A stretch of 64,000 nucleotides of DNA from Octopus sinensis (lineage: Eukaryota), in the NCBI RefSeq assembly GCF_006345805.1, contig NC_043014.1:30938001-31002000 (forward strand), given 5' to 3'. The notes below the pieces were generated by a model. That model was not told the DNA's origin. It saw nothing but the letters and a program-made list of their open reading frames with translations, and did not search any database. Of the stretch, positions 40,085-52,083 are shown piece by piece. The translations under genes and the position numbers were made by a program. Within the stretch, counting starts at the first letter, position 1; each line of letters starts with the position of its first letter.

Positions 40085-40211
40085 GAGGGTGTCCACAAAG
40101 TTTGGGTACATGGGGATTAGCACATACTTTAAGAAATTATTATTTCTTATATTTAATTGTCTATGTTATGATTTTATTTACTCCATGTACCCAGACTTTG
40201 TGAACACCCTG
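40085..40211. mobile_element. Tc1/mariner-type MITE (~127 bp)
   Basis: ~28-bp inverted repeats AGGGTGTCCACAAAGTTTGGGTACATGG vs right reverse complement AGGGTGTTCACAAAGTCTGGGTACATGG (26/28). The right end CACCCTG|TA is a typical CAGGGTG terminus with TA. Confidence 0.85.
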
Positions 40212-40244
40212 TATAATATGAAAGCCTCAGTCCCTCCTGTGCCT

Positions 40245-40812
40245 TCAAGTTTATTGACCATAAAATTGATGCCACTGATTTCTATTGACTGCAATTTTCT
40301 TTGCATCTAGCTAAGTGATATTGGCCTCTCTCACATCAGCTATGAATGCTCTGCACCATGGAACTCTGGTCTTGTTGTCTTTTTCTCTTTGGTGGTGTCC
40401 GTTTGAAAGCTGCTTTAGAATGTTCTAGCATCCAAAGCTTGTAATCTGTTGGTTTTATTCTTCAGTCTGTGATGGTTTAGCTAAGTGATCCTGTGTTGCC
40501 TTTCTTTAGAATATCTTCATTTGTTATGTGGTCTTTCCTGTACATTCTCAAAAGCCTTCACAAGCATCCTTCACAGATTGCATCTAGCTTTGTGTTGACT
40601 TTCATGCTGTTCTTCCATGTCTCACTAGCATAAAGAACTATTGGTAGAACTACGCAGTTATGCAGCTGGATCTTTGTGTGTAGGGTGGGATGGTGTTGGA
40701 AGATCAGGTTCTCTGGAAGATGGCTGCAGTTTTGTCAGTTCCATCATTGCTGTGTATTTCGATATCACCTTTGTTAGTGATGATGCTCCCTAGATAGATG
40801 AATCTGGCTACT
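40245..40812 (-). mobile_element. Decayed RTE LINE 3' fragment, type lacking the Cys-rich insert in the visible part
   Basis: Minus translation FIYLGSIITNKGD..VVLPIVLYASETWK..RKDHITNEDIL shows RTE hallmarks, with stops. Confidence 0.85.
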
Positions 40813-41137
40813 GTCACGCACACACACACGTGTATATATTTGTGTCTTTGTGTCGTCTGAGTTTGCCCTGCCCCCATAACTTAGCAGTTTGGTGAAAGAA
40901 TTGGGCTTCAGAAATAAGTGCCATAATTAAATGGTATGTATATAGGTCTTTTACTTTAAATGAGGAATATGCACTAGTTGGAAGTTGTGGAGGTTCATAT
41001 TTGCAGAGTAAGTATATATTAAAACCAAAAAATAGAAATTTTGGTATATTTTTAATTCTATGTTACATGCGTTTCATTACAGTATAGGAAATCCATTATG
41101 TCTATAACTAATAATAATGATAATAATAATAAAAAGG

Positions 41138-41345
41138 CAAGCTGGCAGAATTGTTAGCACCCCAGGCAAGATGCTTAGTGGTGTTTTGCTTGTCTTTATG
41201 TTCTGAGTTCAAATTTCACCAAGGTTGACTTTGCCTTTATTCCTTTTGGGGTTGATAAAACAAGTATGAGTTGAATGTTAAAGGTCTGTGTTATCAACTT
41301 CCCCCTAAATTGCTGGCCTTGTGCTAAAATTTCAAACCAGAATTA
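41138..41345 (+). mobile_element. SINE family B
   Basis: GGCAAGCTGGCAGAATTGTTAGCAC..GAGTTCAAATT..GACTTTGCCTTT. Confidence 0.85.
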
Positions 41346-42195
41346 ATAATAATAATATTATGAATATAATAAATTCATAATAGGTAATATACATATAGAA
41401 AGTGCATATAAGATCTATTTGTAATTCCTTGGATAAAGAATAAAAAAAATAATATTGGGTTGACTAAAAAAGTTTGTTTTTTCCTTTGCGCATGCATACT
41501 CATCAGATTCCTCTCCTCCAGACCCACATACTCCCACTCACATTCTCTCACACTCACTGTTGGAGCTGATTGTTACTTCTGTTATTTGAGTTTTTCACTT
41601 ATATGCATTCATTCACGAGGCATATACCTACAAACAAGAAACTTGGAGTGGTAGCAAAGTATATCAACAACTACAAAAGAATAGATAATAATTATCTACA
41701 ATAGAATTTGTGTGTGTGTGTGTGTGTGTGTGTATACACACACAAACATATTTTTTTTTTAAATAGAAGAAATTCAAAAAGCAGAAACAAAGTCTAGAAT
41801 CAAGTGAGTAAAGGTAACAAAGACTAAAGTTTATTGTTTGCAGGAAAGAAAAGGAGACTGCTATGTTTGCTATGCAAAAATAGGAATAACAAGGAATTCC
41901 ATGCAATGCACCCAGTGTAAACTATGTGTGCTAAAGGGATGCAGTGATAACTGGGGCAAGGTGATAGAAAAGGACTTCATATGTATCAGATGCACAGGAG
42001 TAGTTAGCAGTATGGGCACCCATGGAATAAATTCTTTCAAATATTTGAAGTACTCCCAAGAAGTAATTGATAGCTTTCATTACTTAAGTAACTTATTTAG
42101 CAGTAGAGGTGAATGTTCTGAAAGTATAGCCAGAGTAAGAACAGGGTTGAAAAAGTTTGGGGAACTATTACTTCTGTTAAGTGACAAAGAGATTA

Positions 42196-42620
42196 CACTG
42201 TGTAATATGACTTTTGTCCTTGGATAGCAACTGTTATTTTCTGTTTGCTTAGTCTTAGAAAGTGTGGAAAATGGCTAATATTTCTTTCAAATTTTGCTTT
42301 TCTCAAACTTGTCTCTGCTTGGACAGCTAGAAGTAAACTGAACTGTTGAGCTTATCATCCCTGTATTTATGTTGCCAGAACATTCTAGAAATTCTGAAAC
42401 TTTTAGAAACTTCTTGAAAGTTCTAGAAAATTGCACTTCAGCAACTCAGCACTGAATCTATCTGAAATGTAATGGAAAATAGGTCAGTTTCAAAACATTG
42501 ATGTCCAGGTCACAAAAGCAAAGTTTGAAGGGAATAGTAGTCATTTCCTTTGATTTCTAGATAGAACCATATAGGAAATAACACTGACTGACTAAAGACA
42601 AAAAAAAAAGGTATACAGTG
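42196..42620. mobile_element. 425-bp non-autonomous TIR element with CACTG ends and 3-bp TSD (CACTA/EnSpm-like)
   Basis: TTA|CACTGTGTA ... TATACAGTG|TTA, plus an inner 31-bp inverted block matching 23/31. Removing it restores the LINE reading VTKRLYL-RVK versus TKGLSLRV in the 13.6-kb copy. Confidence 0.75.
42377..42429. promoter_or_regulatory. Heat-shock element (nGAAn inverted-repeat) array
   Basis: aGAAc aTTCt aGAAa (42377-42391), then tGAAa cTTTt aGAAa cTTCt tGAAa gTTCt aGAAa (42395-42429): five consecutive perfect pentamers, or seven with one mismatch. Function is untested. Confidence 0.7.
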
Positions 42621-44017
42621 TTATATCTGAGTGAAACACAACCAGGTAACATATGATGCAATGTTACCTGGTTGCCATACACGGCCTTTGAATATGGATG
42701 ACAGACAAAGGGGTAGGGGTGGGGGGAATGAAACGAACATGTTCAGCTGGATATATGAATGAACAACGTAGCATAAATGAGCTGATAGAAAAACTGAGTA
42801 TAAGATGTCCTGAGCAAAAGAAAATACTGTGGTAGGGGTGTGTAATGTGTTGGGAGGATAACAGTGCCTGATTGTGAAGAGGTGTTGAATGGGAATATGT
42901 AGTGAAGACTGATCTCAAGAGGCTGGACTTCCATGAAGTTAAAAAAGGACCGCCAGAAGTGGTGATGCTTTGTGCCAGGGTAAAGACCTTTCCAATTTAA
43001 AACAAGCATGGAAAAATGGACATAAAATATTGTTGATAATGATGATCACACAAATATTTGGTTTGAAGTATTAATTGGATGTCTAACTTAGCAAAAGTAT
43101 CCAAATTGCATTGTTATTAGACAAAAATGTCATGAGGATTATTCTATCTATTGCTTTAGTTTTTCTTCTTTTTCAAATTCTTGTTAATTGGTTACAAACT
43201 ACTGTCATGTAGATGGTTTCATAACTTGTGCATGTAATGTCACAATTTATGTACATGCATTTGCACTCTCTCTCTCTCTCTCTCCTTTCTTTCCCTCATA
43301 CACACAAGGGTCATTAAGTAAAACCTACTTCTGCTACTGAACAATATCATGGTATAAATCACAGCAATAAAATGCTAAAGGTTGAAATGTGAAGGCAATT
43401 ACAGAATGAAGAATGAATAAAAAACATAGGATATTAAGAAGTAATAGAATCACAAAAATAACAATCCTGAAAGTAGTGCAGTAGTTGGGTAAAGGTTTCT
43501 GGTGGAGTCTGTCCTACCTGAGTAAAATTTAATGCATAAAGTTATTGTTACCTGTAGGGTAAAGTTCTGGATTTATGGTAGAGGAAGAATTCTGAGGCTC
43601 TCTTTGTACAAAGAAATCCTTTGTTATGTTTATTTAGTAGGTTTATGTTTAGTAAATAAAACCGTAAAGCTTTCCCTTGAACATAAATTACAAGATTTCA
43701 CATTTCCACTACAGGACTTGGTCATAGAATACTGAGCAAAACATATGGCCTTTTGTCAAGGATCATTTTAATTTAATGCAGTAAATAATATAGTTCTAGT
43801 GCCATCTCAATTTCTTTTTATTTGAAAGTGGCTTTTAGTACATGGCTACTCTTTCATTAACATACTCACTCATACTTCCACATGCAAATATGTACGTGTG
43901 TTTGTATATATTAGTAGGGAACTAGGTGATAATCAATAGACAGAACTATTTAGTAGATTCATAGACAGAAATTATTGGTGAAGAAAGCAGTCTTTAAGTG
44001 AAGTTAGTGTCAAGTTT

Positions 44018-44099
<82 letters not shown>

Positions 44100-44295
44100 C
44101 AGACAGACAGACAGACAATCAATCAGAATGACAGGCATAAGGAAAAAGATAACATGTAATTATAATTTCAGAGATATTACAACGGAACCATTCACTCACT
44201 TCTCTTCATCCCCATGATGTATTTATTACTTTGATTAGTCTTGTGTTAAATACATTGTCCTAAAAAAATCTTATTACCCAAATTAAATGTTAAAC

Positions 44296-44440
44296 TGCTT
44301 GAATATCCCATTTAAACACCCATCAATCAGCCTTGTTAAATGCTACCATTAAACAGCCATTAACCAATGTTGTTAAATATCACTATTAAACACCCATTTA
44401 TGAACCTTGTTAAATGCTACCATTAAAACATTGTTAAATT
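44296..44440. repeat. 37-bp-period minisatellite with alternating A/B units (74-bp dimer)
   Basis: TTGTTAAAT at 44333, 44370 and 44407; exact 23-mer CCTTGTTAAATGCTACCATTAAA at 44331 and 44405. Confidence 0.85.
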
Positions 44441-44753
44441 CATTCAAGTCATAATAAATACCCCATGAAACTTCCTGCTCAACTGACATCCAATTAGACA
44501 TCCATCTTGTTAATTACAACATAAAATGTTTTGTCAATTGATCTATTACATATTTGTTAACTATTTCCTGAAGCACCCTGTTTTCATATCCTATTAAACA
44601 TGTTTTATCATTCCCTTTTTTCTCTCTCTCTTTTTTTCCCCCACCAATGCCTCAGTTTCTTGCCAACCTTCTAAGGATGACAACATGTTTTTGTTTCGCT
44701 GAAAATAAGACAACACTATAAATATACTTTTTAAAAAAAATCAAAATCTAAAA

Positions 44754-44986
44754 CAGTGGTTCTTAACCATTTTCCACCTATGGACCTCTTTAATTCCTAT
44801 TTTATCCTACTGGACCTCCATACATTCAGTGTTTTAAAAAAATCTTACTGCATTTTCATAATTAAATATTATCAGGAATTGGATTAAAAAATTGTTAAAA
44901 TATTTTGTATTGTAGAAGTATAACCAATTTATTGTACATAAATTTCAACAGCAAAATCTTACATGAACCCCATTTGAGAACCACTG
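44754..44986. mobile_element. hAT (Charlie/MER5-type ends) MITE
   Basis: CAGTGGTTCTTAA ... TTGAGAACCACTG inverted ends; same family as 33124-33464. Confidence 0.8.
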
Positions 44987-45817
44987 ATTGAAGTATATTA
45001 TAACCATGAGAGAGACTGTGTGTATATGTGTGTGCAGTCAAAATGGGTAATGAATGATTAATTTTAATGTACAGATGTGAAAATCAGAGATAAAATATTC
45101 TGACCTTGAATAAAATTGCAACACAGATTATGCAACAGTTGCATTAGACAGACATGCGGGCCTGATTTCATGCTGTAAAATGTTGCTACAGTTTGGCCAT
45201 GGATGCAAGGTATAGCTATGTGGTTAAGAAATTTGCTTTATAACCATATGGTTTGGGGTTCAATCCCACTGTGAAGCTCCTTGGGTAAATGGTTTTTTAC
45301 TATAGCCTTTGGTTGGCCAATACCTTGTGAGTGCAATTTCATATGGTAAATTTAGAGAAATATGCTGAATGTGTGTGTGTGTATGTGTATATTTACTCAT
45401 GTAAAATTGTAAGTTAATGATTTGATAAATATTGATAAAATAAATCCTAGTGTTGGTATGATTGACTATAAACTGTTAAGTCTTGTGGTTGAATCCAGTT
45501 AATAACATATCAGAGAATGCTGTTGGGATGAGTGCTGACTCACCTTTATATAATCTATTATCATTATTATTATTAACATGAAAGTGGCAAGTTGACATAG
45601 AGTAACTAAGACTAAATTAGTCAATGTGTTGAGTTTTAAAAGATGGTTGAGCGTAATTTGTGGGACATTCAACTGCTAATTTTAAGTGTGTCTGGCTATA
45701 TAGAAGCAATAAGAGTAGTTATGTAAGATTTTGGTAGCAGTGGTGGTCATGGTGGTAGTGGCAGCAGTAGTATTGGTAGGTGTAATAAGTATTCAGAAGT
45801 TAAAATTTTTATTATTT

Positions 45818-46187
45818 TTTTTTACTTGTTTCAGTCATTATACTGTGGCCATACTGGGGCACTGTCTTGAAGAATTTTAGTCAAATGAATTGACCTCAGT
45901 ACTTACTTTTTAAAGATTAGTACTTATTCTGTCAATTCCACTAAGTTACAGGGATGTAAACACACCAATACCAGTTGCCAAGTGATGGTGGTGGGGGAAA
46001 CAGACATAAAGACACATACACATACACAATGGGGTTATATCAGTTTCCATCTACCAAATCTACTTACAAGGCTTTGGTTGGCCTGAGGCTATAGTAGAAA
46101 ACACTTGGCCAAGGTGTCATGCAAGGGAACTGAACCCAGAATCATGTGATTGGGAAGCAAACTTCTTACCACACAGCCATATCTGCA
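45818..46187 (-). mobile_element. SINE family A, near full length
   Basis: Collinear with 14668-14998. Confidence 0.85.
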
Positions 46188-46644
46188 CTTTATGTGTATG
46201 TTTGAGATATGTATACTTGTGAGTGGAGCATAGCTTGTTTGGTTAAGAAGTTTACTTAGCAACCCTATGATTTTGGTTCACTCCCTCTGTGCATTTGGTT
46301 ACCACATGTATTCTATAATAGTCTTGGATCATGAAAAGTTTTGTTGGAGATGGAAACTATGTAGAAGCCTGTTATAATAATCACTCTTGGTTTTGGAGAT
46401 GATAGTCTTAATCCATCACTCAATTTAACACCACCAACTTTTCCCCTTGATGCTTTATTATTAATTTAATAGTTGTCCAAACTTCAAGTTGTTGTTTTGA
46501 CCCAGGTCAAGACTAATAAAGTCCATTTATGAGCAGAGCATTTCTTCCATGATCATCTTACTGTATTTTCTGATAGTATGTTCTGGACTAAATTATTCAA
46601 CTGAAATTGTAGTCATGGCCAGTGCCAGTAACATATGAAAGGAA

Positions 46645-46885
46645 CCCATGTTAGTGACACATGAGAAGCACCCGTGCTGGTGACATGTAAAAGGCACCTG
46701 TATTAGTGACACATAACAAACACCCAGTACCCCCTGTGGAGTGGTTGGCATTAGGAAGGGCATCCAGGTGTAGAAACCTTGCCAAAACTGACTGGAGCCT
46801 GGTGCAGCTCCCCAGCTTATCAGCTCTAGTCAAACCATCTAACCCATGTCCGCATGGAAAATAGGTGCTAAATAATGATGATGAT
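46645..46885 (+). mobile_element. RTE-tailed short retroelement 3' part (family C)
   Basis: GGTTGGCATTAGGAAGGGCATCCAG..AACCCATGTCCGCATGGAAAATAGG..ATGATGATG; similar to 63380-63615 and (reverse complement) 17310-17500. Confidence 0.8.
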
Positions 46886-46904
46886 TATGATGTCCTTCCA
46901 TTTT

Positions 46905-47122
46905 GGGCATTTAAAAACCAGCCACATCCGACTTGAATATTCTACCTGCTTAACATTGAAACTGACTAAATTTGGCCTCTCATATCTACCCTACTATGTC
47001 ATTCTAAAAATAAGCAATCACATCATCAAAATCTCGAAGCTATGGGATAATGCATGATTAATTCAAAACAATGTGAATAAATAATCATTAAAATTTGTCA
47101 GAGTAATCCAAATGCTAAAGGG
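46905..47122. mobile_element. piggyBac-type MITE family 1
   Basis: Ends AATGCTAAAGGG|TTAA; body matches the family. Confidence 0.8.
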
Positions 47123-47344
47123 TTAAGCAGAGTTTACTTAGTTGTAAGTATTCAGGCAAGGTTGTTGATCCAAAGATCAAACCCCAGCTCCTTTCTTCCA
47201 CAAATCTTGGAGGCCTTCTGAAAGCTTATAGTTACTACTATGGATGTAAGTCAATGCAGTGTGTGTGTATAAAAGCTTAACTGTCACTTGCAAGTGGATA
47301 TGACCTGATAAAACAATAGTGGAAAATTAATTGTGTCAGATATG

Positions 47345-47580
47345 TATCTAGTCGCAGACAGACATAGACACCCTCTTGCCCTTGAAACAGTGGAACATTG
47401 AAGGTATAGTTGGATAGAGAGGGTTGCACTGGCAGTCAACCAGTAATCATTTATAGCTGAATAGTCTGGAGCTATGTGAAATTGTGTTCCTTGCTCAAGG
47501 ACACAGCACACCACCTGGCTCAGGAATCAAGCCCATGGCCATATGGTTGTGAGATCAATGCCCTAACCATGAGGCCACAC
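47345..47580 (-). mobile_element. Further tRNA-derived SINE (family D)
   Basis: The minus strand has A-box-like TGGCCTCATGGTTAGGGC, B-box-like GGGCTTGATTCC and GTGTCCTTGAGCAAGGAACAC. Single copy seen. Confidence 0.55.
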
Positions 47581-48628
47581 ACTTTTCACACGTGCATGCA
47601 CACAAACATTTATATATTGAGTATATGTATGCATGTCTGCGGGTGAGTGTATACATATATGCTGTTGTGTGTGCATATATACATATCATCAGTTAATGTC
47701 TGTTTTCCATGCTGGCACAGGTTGAACAGTTTGACAGGGGCTGTCTAAGTAGAAGACCACACCAGGCTTCACTGTCTGTTTTGGCAGGGGTTTTATGGCT
47801 GGATGCCCTTCCTAACACCAACTACCTTACAGACTGGACATATATGTATATATTTGCATGCCTGTGTGCATGTTTGTGTGTCTGTGTAAATACATGTATG
47901 GTACATGCTTTTTCTTCTGAGTGAGGGTACATGAATGAGTGTATGTTTGTAAGTACCTCTGAATATACATGCTATTGCTGTATAGCCCTAGGCTAACTCT
48001 GGTCAAGCAGACTTATAAGGCATTCCAGCTACAATAATCTTTTTTGTACACATTTTAAAAGTGTATTATCAAATAAAATCCCTACCATTCTTTTAAAATA
48101 GTAAGATGTGATATAAGAGATTTGGCTGCTATTTCTGGCAGATGGAGGGACCATGTTGAAACTCCTCATCGGTTTGTAGAAGCATGCATTTCTGTGTGTG
48201 CATGTATATGTATAGACATATGTGACTGACTAAATATATGACTAAATGCGTATGTTTGTAAATGATCTCTATATATGCCTGCATATCTCTCGGTATTTGT
48301 GCATATGTGTGTAGATATTTTTTTAAAAAAAAGGCTGAAATAAAACTAACTGTAGTAAAAGGAAAGATGGATGCAGGTAAATTGATGAAGTGGAAGGAAA
48401 GAAGAGTGTGAAAGTAGCCCTGGCCGTGTGTGCACGTGAAAGAGAGAGTGTGTGTATAAATCAATTGATGTTTGGCTCAACTCCAGACGGAAGGTGCATA
48501 AGTATCCACTGCACCATTACTTCATAGCATCATCGCAGTAAACTACTGTGCAATCTGATGTTTTAGCAGGGAGGTGGGGGTAGAATAGAAAAAGAGTGGG
48601 GGACGATGTGTGCATATATATATATATA

Positions 48629-48683
<55 letters not shown>

Positions 48684-49231
48684 TATATATACATACATAC
48701 ATACACGCACACATACATGTGTGTGTGATTTCAGAGGGAGAGATTTGTGCAGCAGAAGAAGGAGTCTTAGACAAGAGTGGGGAGGGGGATGTTTGGAAGA
48801 AGAGAAAACAAAAGTGAAGGGGAGGGTCACATGGTCACATGTTGAGTTGAGGAGAGAGGGAGTGAGAGAGAGAAAGAGAGATTGAAGCAGTTGGGGAGAG
48901 ATGAAAAAGAGAGAGACAGATTTACGCAGAGGATAACACAGATGGACATATGCAGAGTGAGATATATATATATATGTATATACACACACAGGTAAAAAAG
49001 TGACTTGATTCATATAGAGTGCAAGACATGCATGCAGAGAGAGAGAGAGATGGATGGGTTGGAGCATAGATAAACAGAAGGATTCAAAGAAAAAGGAAGG
49101 GGAAATTGGTGAAAGAAAGAAAGCAGACAGGAAGAGTGAGGGAATTTTTTAAATAATGTCTTAGAGAAGGAAGACCGATGTCCATGTGTCCTTTCACGGT
49201 TTCTGCAACTGGGTTGGAGGTAGAAGCTAAC

Positions 49232-49341
49232 CTCAGATGAGACATCTGGCCCAAATGTTTGCAGCAGGGCAGACTCTGTTAAAGTCAGCCGAGGCCTGTT
49301 GGTGGTGTTCATTTGGATGACATGCTTAGAGAGAGAGATGT
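49232..49341 (-). CDS. Candidate coding exon (xISLSKHVIQMNTTNRPRLTLTESALLQTFGPDVSSE)
   Basis: Strong acceptor CACTTTCTTATCTTCTCTGCAG, donor GAG|GTTAGC, only one of three frames open, locally GC-richer. No homologue recognised. Confidence 0.45.
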
Positions 49342-49367
49342 CTGCAGAGAAGATAAGAAAGTGCAAG

Positions 49368-49412
<45 letters not shown>

Positions 49413-49599
49413 CACGTATACAGAAAGAGACATTGAGAAACTTGCATATAGGAGAAGGTTAAAGAGAGAGTACAAGAGTTGCATACAGAGATGCATGGAA
49501 AGAGAGAAGGACGGACATACAGATAGAGTTAGATATATAGGTATATTTACTGATATATATGGTGAGAGGAAGGGAAAGATATGTACATGTGTGTGTGAG

Positions 49600-49641
<42 letters not shown>

Positions 49642-49924
49642 GTCTGCAGAGATGTATGGAGACAAACAGGCAGATGAAATATTGCTTGTAGTTACTGTCT
49701 TAGTAATGAGTTAGCACTAGTGTAAATACAATAAACTGGCATTTTGTGTCTAGTGTAGTGCTGGTTGTGGAGTGTAGTGACATTGGTGTGGTAGTGGTGG
49801 TCGTGGTGAGAGCTGCAACACATTTCAGAAGTAAAAGGAAGAAGAGGAGCAAGCTAAAGAATTCGGTGTAAAAACAGCAAAATGAAACTGAAGTGCCATC
49901 TTTTTTTATTTCATTCTGCTTGAA

Positions 49925-49973
<49 letters not shown>

Positions 49974-50965
49974 GTGTGTGTGTGTGTCTAAGCAGGTATG
50001 TTTGTGTTTATGGGGGTGGGTGGTTTACATGTGTCTGTCTAAGCATAATTTTGTGTTTGTGTATCTGCTCTAGGCATGTGTGAGTGTGTGTAAAAACATG
50101 TGTGTGCATGTATAGGAATCTATGTTCTTGTGGGCAGGTGTGTGCGTGTGCAGGAATGTATGCTCATGTGTGCAGGTGTGTGTGTGTGTGTGCAGGTATC
50201 TATGCAGTCCCATGATAGCTTCTTGTAATAGTCCATCTTCCCAGCTTGCAACCACCTGTAGAGAGATGCAGGCTGGTACAGTGTGGCTGCCCACAATCAG
50301 TCTATGGTCTGTGGTCCTCAGGCATGGAGTTGTTTTGCTTATATCTCTTTTTATTAATTGCTTGGTGGCATAGTAGTTGAGTAGTGTTGAGGGTTGGTAG
50401 AATGACAATATGCAGTCACAGCACTTGCAGGTAGCTCAAATAATATCTTTTTTTTATGAATTGTCAAAGATGTTTCTCAATGCTTATATGAGAAAATTTT
50501 AATATCCGTCATCTCACACACCTGCCTTGTGTTATCGTACCTAAGTAGAAACCTTTTCCCCACCTTGACCCAACCACTGGCAGCTTATTTCCTCATTTAT
50601 TCTCCCAGTCCCTCACCTATTTAACCAGCTTGCTAAGTTTGGTGCAACACATTGCGATCTATCTATTTATCTGTCTGCCTGTCTAACTATGTCTATATTT
50701 AGAAATATATAGACATATGTGTCTATCTATATCTAACCTGTCTGTCTATGTCTATTGATCTGTCTGTCTGTCTCTCTATACATCTATCTGCTTATCTGTC
50801 TGTCTTTCTGTCTATCTGCTTATCTGTCTGTCTTTCTGTCTATCTGTTTTTCTGCCTGTCTATTTGCTTGTCCGTCTGTCTATTTATCTATCTGTCTATC
50901 TACACACACACCAGTCAAACTCTCTATATATTCATCTATATTTCTATGTATTCATATGTCTATCC

Positions 50966-50999
<34 letters not shown>

Positions 51000-51059
51000 T
51001 ATATATATATATTTATATTATATATAATATATATTTATATTATATATATTATATATATT

Positions 51060-51098
<39 letters not shown>

Positions 51099-51241
51099 AT
51101 ATATATTTATATATATATTTATAATATATATATTTATATATATATAATATATTATATATTATATATATAATATATATATATATTTATAATATATATAATA
51201 TATATTTATATATATAATATATATATATATATATATTTATA

Positions 51242-51340
<99 letters not shown>

Positions 51341-51484
51341 ATATATATATAATTTATATATATATATATATTTATATAATATATATATTATATTTATATA
51401 TATATATATATATTTATATATATTATATATATATATATTTTATATATATATATATATATTTTATATATATATTATATATATATT

Positions 51485-51517
<33 letters not shown>

Positions 51518-51704
51518 ATTTTTATATATATATATATATTTTATATATAATATATATATATATATTATATATATAATATATATTTTATATATATATATAT
51601 TTTATATATATATATATTTATATATTTATATATTATTATATATTATATATATATATTTATATATATATATTTATATATATATATATATTATTATATATAT
51701 TTAT

Positions 51705-51739
<35 letters not shown>

Positions 51740-51917
51740 ATATTATTATATATATTATATATATATATTTATATTATATATATATTTAATATATATATTA
51801 TATTTATATATATTTTATATATATATATTTATATATATATTTATATTTATATATTTATATATATATTTATATTTATATATTTATATATATATTTATATTT
51901 ATATATTTATATATATT

Positions 51918-51949
<32 letters not shown>

Positions 51950-52018
51950 ATATATTTATATAATATTATATATATATTTAATATATATATATAATTATAT
52001 ATATATATTATATATAAT

Positions 52019-52064
<46 letters not shown>
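50966..52064. repeat. ~1.1-kb interrupted (TA)n tract with no G or C
   Basis: I saw only A and T between 50966 and 52064. Confidence 0.95.

Positions 52065-52083
<19 letters not shown>

Larger units (their letters stand above)
41838..43050 (+). mobile_element. Decayed RTE LINE 3' part with Cys-rich insert, interrupted at 42196-42620
   Basis: CYVC..GITRNSMQCTQCKLCVLKGCS..FICIRCTG..EVIDSFHYLS..KKFGELL; resumes after the insert (YDA, HG, NETNMFSWI) and ends GCATGGAAAAATGGACATAAAA..GATAATGATGAT. Same type as 13623-14292. Confidence 0.85.

Noticed and set aside
50195-50260. Minus-strand VVASWEDGLLQEAIMGLHR after a CTACAG acceptor
   Set aside because: No donor follows, and the frame runs straight into a CA microsatellite.
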